Shown here piece by piece: positions 15,420 through 21,716 of a stretch of 60,200 bases of DNA. A program made the translations under genes and the position numbers. Under the pieces are notes generated by a model. That model was not told the origin of the DNA and did not search any database. It worked only from the letters and a program-made list of their open reading frames with translations. Where the stretch lies: positions 1 through 60,200 of IMG/VR virus record IMGVR_UViG_3300044701_002545; one strand, 5' to 3'. This stretch comes from a virus. Its lineage: Duplodnaviria; Caudoviricetes. Positions within the stretch are counted from its first letter, which is position 1. Each line of letters begins with the position of its first letter.

Positions 15420-15494
15420 GCACCCCCACGTCACAAAATCCCCACAGATCCCCCACATAAATCCACCGACTCCAAATAAATATCCCCAGTCCCA

Positions 15495-15523
15495 TTGACA
15501 TTTACGCCCACAAGTCCTACAAT
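15495..15523 (+). promoter_or_regulatory. sigma70-like promoter
   Basis: TTGACA-N17-TACAAT; AGGAG before ATG 15550. Confidence 0.75.
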
Positions 15524-15549
15524 ACCCATATACACTCAGGAGCGCACTT

Positions 15550-15723
15550 ATGTCAGTAGCATACACCCAGGCACAGAAGCAGCGTTATAGGATCACTCTG
15601 GATCTATCAGTGTTCGGTGACTTCGACCCACATCAGATTGACTGGGAGAAGTTATTCAAGCTAGAACCTGCTGAGAAGTGTGAGGCTTATGTTGAGGACT
15701 TAAGTACACCTGATCGTTGGTGA
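15550..15723 (+). CDS. Small hypothetical protein, 57 aa (MSVAYTQAQKQRYRITLDL...)
   Basis: Hand-read ORF with promoter and Shine-Dalgarno. Confidence 0.7.
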   Translation: MSVAYTQAQKQRYRITLDLSVFGDFDPHQIDWEKLFKLEPAEKCEAYVEDLSTPDRW

Positions 15724-15732
15724 GTAACAGAT

Positions 15733-15763
15733 AGTGGGCCCTGTAAAGTGTCCTAATAGTATG
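15733..15763 (+). repeat. 28-bp element, copy 13
   Basis: AGTGGGCCCTGTAAAGTGTCCTAATAGT|ATG. Confidence 0.92.
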
Positions 15764-15804
15764 AGGGGCACAACCCCCACACAAGACTTCACTCAAGACC
15801 ACAA

Positions 15805-16053
15805 ATGACTGCCACTTATCAACAGAATCTCACCGACACTGAGTATAACGGTTGGACGAATTATGAGACCTGGAACGTTGCACTTTGGATCGGCAATGAT
15901 GAGGGTCTATATGACATCGCCCGTCGTTGTGATGATTATCAGGACTTCGTAGATTCCACTGAGGACTTTATCACTGAGACCCCAGACGGAGTATCATTTA
16001 CCAGTGATAAGCTGAACTGGATTGAACTCAACGAAGTGATCGCAGATCTCTGA
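15805..16053 (+). CDS. Acidic phage hypothetical protein (YNGWTNYETWNVALW)
   Basis: 82-aa ORF with a distinctive aromatic motif. Confidence 0.8.
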   Translation: MTATYQQNLTDTEYNGWTNYETWNVALWIGNDEGLYDIARRCDDYQDFVDSTEDFITETPDGVSFTSDKLNWIELNEVIADL

Positions 16054-16098
16054 TCTGATTCTACCTTACTCATTCACTCCTAACTAACACTTCTTCTC

Positions 16099-16344
16099 AT
16101 GAAAACCTCCACTAAGTATACCATCAAACTCAACGATGAAGAGATGACTATGCTCCGTGATCTTGTGCGGATTGGTATGCGCTCCAAGTATTATCAGGAC
16201 TTTGTGAATAAAGAATGTGACGACATTGATGAAGAAGATCACCAGATGAATGTCACTCTTGCTGTTACTCAATTTGTCAATCTTTGCTCACCTAGTCTAA
16301 TCGAAAGTGTGGTTGATAAGTACATCTTCGAAGGCATACAGTAA
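16099..16344 (+). CDS. Hypothetical protein
   Basis: 81-aa ORF. Confidence 0.6.
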   Translation: MKTSTKYTIKLNDEEMTMLRDLVRIGMRSKYYQDFVNKECDDIDEEDHQMNVTLAVTQFVNLCSPSLIESVVDKYIFEGIQ

Positions 16345-16414
16345 GCAACACTTACTCCTGTCGCATGAGTATAAACTAGGCACCACACAGTTCACAACAC
16401 TTTTCTTCTTTATT

Positions 16415-16555
16415 ATGTCCAAGTCCGTGATGCTTTCTCTGCTGGCTCAAGGTAACACTGGCACTGAGATTCTGTCGATTCTTGATACACTCGTTGCTGA
16501 TGAAGCTGTGAGTACTGATGATAACGGTCCTACTCTGAATGAGGTGCAGTTCTAA
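16415..16555 (+). CDS. Small hypothetical protein, 46 aa (MSKSVMLSLLAQGNTG...)
   Basis: ATG at 16415 within track ORF 16307..16555. Confidence 0.6.
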   Translation: MSKSVMLSLLAQGNTGTEILSILDTLVADEAVSTDDNGPTLNEVQF

Positions 16556-16567
16556 TAGTTAACTGTG

Positions 16568-16606
16568 TGCCCCTTGCTTGACAGTGAGGGGCATATGCGT
16601 TAAAGT
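16568..16606 (+). promoter_or_regulatory. sigma70-like promoter with -35 in hairpin loop
   Basis: TGCCCCT...AGGGGCA enclosing TTGACA(16578-83); N17; TAAAGT(16601-06). Confidence 0.65.
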
Positions 16607-16747
16607 AGTCGTCCGGCAGTTATTTGCGGTCGGGCGTTATATCGTCGCGGCGGCGTTGCGTATAAAAAATCGATAAGTCCCTAACCTACAGAGGTGACAA
16701 ATCGACCGATAAATATCACATCCTTAAAATTTTTCCGGAGGTAAAAA

Positions 16748-16828
16748 ATGGGCGTCAAATGGATTCACAAAGGTGGATATTCAAGACCTGATAAAAGAAC
16801 TCTGAAGAAGGGCGGAAAGAAAAAATGA
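16748..16828 (+). CDS. Putative basic micropeptide, 26 aa
   Basis: GGAGGT Shine-Dalgarno; MGVKWIHKGGYSRPDKRTLKKGGKKK. Confidence 0.5.
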   Translation: MGVKWIHKGGYSRPDKRTLKKGGKKK

Positions 16829-16965
16829 GAAGTCGCCCCTATTGGAACTTTTGGAAAGTTGTATTTGCTGGTTGGCTAATCAGGTATCCAAAGACAATGG
16901 GAAGAATAGTATTAATCCCCCTAGGGATTTTGATTGTACTGATATATAATGCAGTGGTGAATTAA
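16825..16965 (+). CDS. Small membrane protein, 46 aa
   Basis: ATGA overlap; PYWNFWKVVFAGWLIRYP plus a hydrophobic tail. Confidence 0.6.
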   Translation: MRSRPYWNFWKVVFAGWLIRYPKTMGRIVLIPLGILIVLIYNAVVN

Positions 16966-16999
16966 TTTACACCATAAAAATTCCGGAAATATTTTTTAT

Positions 17000-17191
17000 A
17001 TGGAAAAGGTTTATCACATATATGCTAAGGATAAGTGTATTCTTCATTCAATAAAAGAAGAAGACTTTGAAAGTACTTGGAGTACCATAAAGAACTTGGT
17101 GGGTCTGATGAAAACTGACTATTCATCTGATGATCTAAGTTATATTGAATTGCAAATTAACAAGGAAAGTATTTTGAATTCTTCGCATTGA
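17000..17191 (+). CDS. Hypothetical protein
   Basis: 63-aa ORF. Confidence 0.65.
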   Translation: MEKVYHIYAKDKCILHSIKEEDFESTWSTIKNLVGLMKTDYSSDDLSYIELQINKESILNSSH

Positions 17192-17210
17192 CACCGAAGG
17201 TAAGGAAATG

Positions 17211-17248
17211 TATATGCATTGACAAGTGCATATATAGACTGTTAAAAT
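17211..17248 (+). promoter_or_regulatory. sigma70-like promoter with -35 in hairpin loop
   Basis: TATATGCA-TTGACAAG-TGCATATA; TGn-TAAAAT at 17243-48. Confidence 0.65.
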
Positions 17249-17272
17249 TGAACTTGAAAGTTTATTTCTCTT

Positions 17273-18040
17273 ATGGCAAAAGGATTTACTGTTAAAGCAA
17301 CTGCACCTAAGCCCCAAACTGAAGAATGGGATTATGATGCAATTAAAGAAAGGATGCGAGGGAAGAGTATTGTATTTTGTCTTCCAGGTCGCGGATGTTC
17401 ATTTATTTTTCTGAAGGCATTTGTTCAACTGTGCTTTGATATGGTACAGAATGGAATGAGTATTCAGATTTCTCAAGATTATTCTTCCATGGTAAACTTT
17501 GCACGTTGTAAGTGTCTTGGTGCAAATGTTCTTCGTGGACCTAAGCAAGTACCTTGGGATGGAAAACTAGAGTATGATTATCAACTCTGGATTGACTCGG
17601 ATATTGTCTTTGATACAAACAAGTTCTGGCAACTCTGTGATCTTGCTCTTTCTGCTGAAGAAGAAGAGAAAGAAATTGTTTCAGGTTGGTATGCAACAGA
17701 AGATGGTCACACAACCTCTGTCGCACATTGGTTGGAAGAAGATGATTTCCGCAAGAACGGTGGAGTGATGAATCATGAAACTGTGGAATCGATCAGCAAG
17801 CGTCGTAAGCCATTCACTGTAGACTACACAGGTTTTGGATGGGTACTGATTAAGAAGGGCGTTTTTGAGAATCTTGAGTATCCTTGGTTTGCTCCAAAGA
17901 TGCAAGTCTTTGAATCCGGAGCCGTTCAGGATATGTGTGGAGAGGATGTGTCATTCTGTCTTGATGCAAAAGAAGCAGGCTTCGAGATCTGGTGCGATCC
18001 TCGTATTAGAGTCGGACATGAAAAAACTCGTATTATCTGA
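17273..18040 (+). CDS. GT-A fold (GT2-like) glycosyltransferase
   Basis: WIDSD (DxD) motif, GFGWVLIKKGVFE, GEDVSFC, C-terminal VGHEK. Confidence 0.8.
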   Translation: MAKGFTVKATAPKPQTEEWDYDAIKERMRGKSIVFCLPGRGCSFIFLKAFVQLCFDMVQNGMSIQISQDYSSMVNFARCKCLGANVLRGPKQVPWDGKLEYDYQLWIDSDIVFDTNKFWQLCDLALSAEEEEKEIVSGWYATEDGHTTSVAHWLEEDDFRKNGGVMNHETVESISKRRKPFTVDYTGFGWVLIKKGVFENLEYPWFAPKMQVFESGAVQDMCGEDVSFCLDAKEAGFEIWCDPRIRVGHEKTRII

Positions 18041-18201
18041 TGAAGACGTATAACGTATTCTACAAAGGCAATAAGATTTATGTGGACCTTACTCATGAAG
18101 AATGTGCAGAGGTCCTTCAAGATATCTCGGAAAACTTTTTCTCGGGAAAAGATGATATTAATCCTAACTTAATTGAATTGGAGGAAATTAACAATGGCTA
18201 A
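18040..18201 (+). CDS. Small hypothetical protein, 53 aa
   Basis: Hand-read ORF coupled by TGATG. Confidence 0.6.
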   Translation: MKTYNVFYKGNKIYVDLTHEECAEVLQDISENFFSGKDDINPNLIELEEINNG

Positions 18202-18337
18202 AGGTGGTGGAAATAAGACTCTGTTTGAACCCGGAGCACCTAAGAAAACTCGTCAAGGTCGTTCTCCTCGTACATTACTGAGTCCTACCTCTCGTAATGG
18301 ACGTAAGAAGAAGTATCGGGGTCAAGGTAAAGGTTAA
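18194..18337 (+). CDS. Small basic protein, 47 aa (...KKTRQG...KKYRGQG)
   Basis: GGAGG Shine-Dalgarno; followed by a terminator. Confidence 0.65.
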   Translation: MAKGGGNKTLFEPGAPKKTRQGRSPRTLLSPTSRNGRKKKYRGQGKG

Positions 18338-18349
18338 TAGTATAGATAG

Positions 18350-18374
18350 AGCAGGAAGAAATTCCTGCTTTTTT
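18350..18374 (+). terminator. Rho-independent terminator
   Basis: AGCAGGAA-GAAA-TTCCTGCT-TTTTT. Confidence 0.85.
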
Positions 18375-18385
18375 ATTATCATTTT

Positions 18386-19081
18386 ATGGCATACTTAAAT
18401 CACAATCTTCCAACATTTACTTGTTACATTCGTAATGAATTTCTCTATAACCATAAAAAAGGCCATGGAGAGGTAACTTTATGCGACGTACACTCTGTAG
18501 CGTCCTTAGAGAAGCACGTACCCCTCTTTGAGGTGTTTCTAGAGAATGGGGTCAACTGGACTCGTAGACCGATTCATGCACTATGTTGGAAACCAGATGC
18601 ACCAGTTCAAGAATTAGAAGAGTGTATGTGGTGGGATTGTTTTTCTCCTTATGTTGATGTTCAAGTTCGTTCAAGATTGGCTAACTTACGTGCTGAACTC
18701 ATCAATTATCGCGGAGAAAAGAATGAAGGAACTTATATGTTCACTCTTGATTGGTCATGGGAGTCAAAATCAACTCTGAATACGAATTTCAGTGAGACTC
18801 CAGAGCACAAATCTGCTCATTTTTTCAAGATGGACAATGGAAATTTCTATGCATACCCAAATAATAAGATTTTATGGTACGATGATGCATGGACAAAGAA
18901 CAGAATTACTAAAAATCCAGGCTATGAGATTGATTTAACGGAATATTCAGTCGAAAATCGTCGTAAAATCGAGACATCTGATGATTTTATGTACGAAATT
19001 ACAAAAATTCGGGATAGCAACCCCGTAAAAAGTTCTGATTTAACAAATCAGGAGCAAAACAATGACCAAAAAAGTCGATAA
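18386..19081 (+). CDS. Phage hypothetical protein
   Basis: 231-aa aromatic-rich ORF. Confidence 0.8.
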   Translation: MAYLNHNLPTFTCYIRNEFLYNHKKGHGEVTLCDVHSVASLEKHVPLFEVFLENGVNWTRRPIHALCWKPDAPVQELEECMWWDCFSPYVDVQVRSRLANLRAELINYRGEKNEGTYMFTLDWSWESKSTLNTNFSETPEHKSAHFFKMDNGNFYAYPNNKILWYDDAWTKNRITKNPGYEIDLTEYSVENRRKIETSDDFMYEITKIRDSNPVKSSDLTNQEQNNDQKSR

Positions 19082-19316
19082 AGATGAAAATTTCATGAAA
19101 AATGAGTGGGGAACTCAATATTTGGCAAGTGAATATGGTTGGGAAGAGCAAATCAAGAAGCAAAAGATGCTTCGTGAGATCGCAAATGATGATTTAACTC
19201 CCAAAAAGCACGATTTCTTTCATCAAAACGAAATACATGAAAAAATTCGCAATGATGAGGACTATGATGATTGGGAATATGGGACGGAACCACTCTACGA
19301 ATCAAAAAATCCATAA
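19062..19316 (+). CDS. Acidic hypothetical protein
   Basis: 84 aa; GGAG Shine-Dalgarno inside a hairpin. Confidence 0.7.
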   Translation: MTKKVDKDENFMKNEWGTQYLASEYGWEEQIKKQKMLREIANDDLTPKKHDFFHQNEIHEKIRNDEDYDDWEYGTEPLYESKNP

Positions 19317-19322
19317 TAAATA
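19315..19322 (+). promoter_or_regulatory. T4-type late promoter
   Basis: AATAAATA about 20 nt before gp25. Similar boxes at 33899, 37770, 38114, 47567, 51005, 56280 and 59151. Confidence 0.7.
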
Positions 19323-19342
19323 AGATAGAATTATAATAATCC

Positions 19343-19744
19343 ATGCCTCTAGAGCGGGTAAGTAAAGGTTTTAAAGACATAAGTATGTCGTTTCAGTATA
19401 ATCCACTGAACAACGACCTTATTGCGATCAAAAATGAGACCGCAATAAGCCGCTCCATTCGTAATATTGTTTTTACTCTACCTGGAGAAAAGTTTTTTAA
19501 TGAAAATTTTGGATCTTCAGTCTCTAGAGTGCTATTTGAAAATGTAGATGAGATTTCAGCATCTAGTATTGAAAGTCAGATAAGGACATCTATCAATAAC
19601 TATGAACCAAGGGTTTCTTTGATAAGCGTAACTGCATACCCAGACTATGATAATAATTCCTTTGATGTTACTATCACTTACAATATCATTGGAGTAGATG
19701 TTTCTACTCAACAGTTAGAATTTGTTTTACAACCTACAAGGTAA
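19343..19744 (+). CDS. gp25: Baseplate wedge subunit gp25
   Basis: SIRNIVFT.PGEKFF...FGS...YEPRV motif; synteny. Confidence 0.92.
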   Translation: MPLERVSKGFKDISMSFQYNPLNNDLIAIKNETAISRSIRNIVFTLPGEKFFNENFGSSVSRVLFENVDEISASSIESQIRTSINNYEPRVSLISVTAYPDYDNNSFDVTITYNIIGVDVSTQQLEFVLQPTR

Positions 19745-21712
19745 ATGCCACTAGTAAACTTCACAAATCTGGACTTTGACCAGATTAAAGAATCTATTAA
19801 AAGTTATTTGAGGTCTAATTCGAACTTTACGGATTATGACTTTGAGGGATCTAATCTCTCCACAATAATTGATGTATTGGCATATAATACCTATATTACT
19901 TCATACAATGCCAACATGGTGTCGAATGAAGTTTTTATTGATAGCGCAACTCTAAGAGAAAACGTAGTTGCTCTGGCAAGAAACATAGGTTATAACCCAA
20001 AATCAAGAAAGGCTGCAAGAGCAACGGTTTCTTTTTTCGTTGATACTTCAAATATTACACCAAGACCCTCAACAGTAACTCTTAGAGATGGTGTTGTTGC
20101 AACTTCTTTTGGTAACTTTGGAAATCAATCATATTCCTTCTGCATTTTAAAAGGAAATGATGTATTAAAAGGAAATGATCAGGCAACAAACAATAATCCA
20201 TCGGGACTCACAGTTCCAGTAGTCGATAATATAGCAACTTTTACAGACATTGAGATTATTGAAGGAACTGTTCTATCAAATACATTCACATATTCTTCAA
20301 GAAATCCAAATCAAAGATTTATTCTACCAAACTCAGGTATCGATACTGATACTATTTCTGTAATAGTAACTGAGGGTGGAAGAAAGGCAAAATATATCCT
20401 TCAAGATAGTTTATTTGATATTGATTCAACTTCAAGAGTTTTCTTTTTGCAAGAAATAGAAGATGAAAGATATGAAATCATTTTTGGAGATGGAATATTT
20501 GGTAAGAAACTAGAAGAAGGTTATCAGATAGACGTTTCTTACATAGTTTCGAGTGGTGATAGTGCGAATGGTATTTCACAATTCTCATTCTCAGGAAGAA
20601 TTACATATGAAAGAAATGGAGTTACTTATCCAGTAACATCTGGAATTTCTCTACTAACAACAGGTTTAGGTTCATCTGGAGGAGAGCCTATTGAGTCTGT
20701 AAGTTCTATCAAAAAATATGCTCCAAGAATATATGCTAGTCAGAATAGAGCTTTAACTTCCAGTGATTATGAAACTTTAATCCCAACAAAAATATATCCA
20801 GAAACTGAATCAATTTCAGTGTTTGGTGGAGAAGATTTGGTTCCTCCACAATATGGAAAAGTCTTTATAAGCATAAAACCACGAAATGGAGACTTCCTAC
20901 CAAATCTAATTAAGGATAATATTAAACTTAAACTGAAAAAGTACGCAGTTGCAGGAATTGTTCCTGAAATTTTAGATCTAAAATATCTCTATATCGAGAC
21001 GGCTTCTAAAGTTTATTACAATACAAATCTTGCCCCAAGTTCATCATATGTTTCCAGTTTGATACAATCAAACGTCAATAATTACTCGGAATCAAGTGAG
21101 TTAAATAAGTATGGTGCAAGATTTAAGTATAGTAAATTTTTGAAAATTATTGATGATAGTCATGAATCAGTGACTTCTAATATTACAACCATTAGTATTA
21201 GAAGAGATTTGAGAATTGCATTAAATTCCTTTGCAGAATATCAAATTGGATTTGGTAATGAATTTCATATCAAGAGTATGAATGGTTACAATATTAAATC
21301 AAGTGGATTTAGAGTTTCTGGAATTACTCAGGAAGTTTATCTTTCAGATATTCCAGATAGTGATGCGATTACTGGTTCTATTTTCTTATTCACTGTTCCA
21401 TCCGTGACTTCAACATCTTCAACTATCGTAAGTAGAAATGTTGGAACAATTAATTATAAAACAGGAATAATTACATTGAACCCCATTAACATTACCTCAG
21501 GTAAAGTTAAAAATGGCCAATCAGTTATTGAAATATCTGCAACACCACAATCAAATGATGTTATTGGATTGCAGGATCTTTATTTGCAACTAGATACTAG
21601 TAATAGTTCTTTTGAAATGATATCTGATGAAATTGCATCAGGTCTTGATCCTTCAGCATCTAACTACATTGTATCATCAAGCTACAGCAACGGGAACCTA
21701 GTAAGATCATAA
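19745..21712 (+). CDS. gp6: Baseplate wedge subunit gp6
   Basis: LDFDQIK...FTDYDFEGS...LAYNT...SATLRENVV; QNRA...DY. Confidence 0.95.
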   Translation: MPLVNFTNLDFDQIKESIKSYLRSNSNFTDYDFEGSNLSTIIDVLAYNTYITSYNANMVSNEVFIDSATLRENVVALARNIGYNPKSRKAARATVSFFVDTSNITPRPSTVTLRDGVVATSFGNFGNQSYSFCILKGNDVLKGNDQATNNNPSGLTVPVVDNIATFTDIEIIEGTVLSNTFTYSSRNPNQRFILPNSGIDTDTISVIVTEGGRKAKYILQDSLFDIDSTSRVFFLQEIEDERYEIIFGDGIFGKKLEEGYQIDVSYIVSSGDSANGISQFSFSGRITYERNGVTYPVTSGISLLTTGLGSSGGEPIESVSSIKKYAPRIYASQNRALTSSDYETLIPTKIYPETESISVFGGEDLVPPQYGKVFISIKPRNGDFLPNLIKDNIKLKLKKYAVAGIVPEILDLKYLYIETASKVYYNTNLAPSSSYVSSLIQSNVNNYSESSELNKYGARFKYSKFLKIIDDSHESVTSNITTISIRRDLRIALNSFAEYQIGFGNEFHIKSMNGYNIKSSGFRVSGITQEVYLSDIPDSDAITGSIFLFTVPSVTSTSSTIVSRNVGTINYKTGIITLNPINITSGKVKNGQSVIEISATPQSNDVIGLQDLYLQLDTSNSSFEMISDEIASGLDPSASNYIVSSSYSNGNLVRS

Positions 21713-21716
21713 TCAA

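Noticed and set aside
2294-15763. 28-bp repeats as a CRISPR array
   Set aside because: Intervals are 0.3-3.9 kb and contain whole genes rather than ~35-nt spacers; no cas genes in the window.
2294-15763. Repeats as Xer dif/pdif sites or canonical integron attC sites
   Set aside because: The length fits dif, but there is no XerD arm (TTATGTTAAAT-like) and no alternating orientation; there are no RYYYAAC/GTTRRRY ends and no integrase in the window.
15179-16747. tRNA genes or introns in the non-coding gaps
   Set aside because: No cloverleaf with T-loop and acceptor stem was recognised, and core genes such as gp17, gp18 and gp20 are uninterrupted. A tRNAscan/Infernal run would be needed for certainty.
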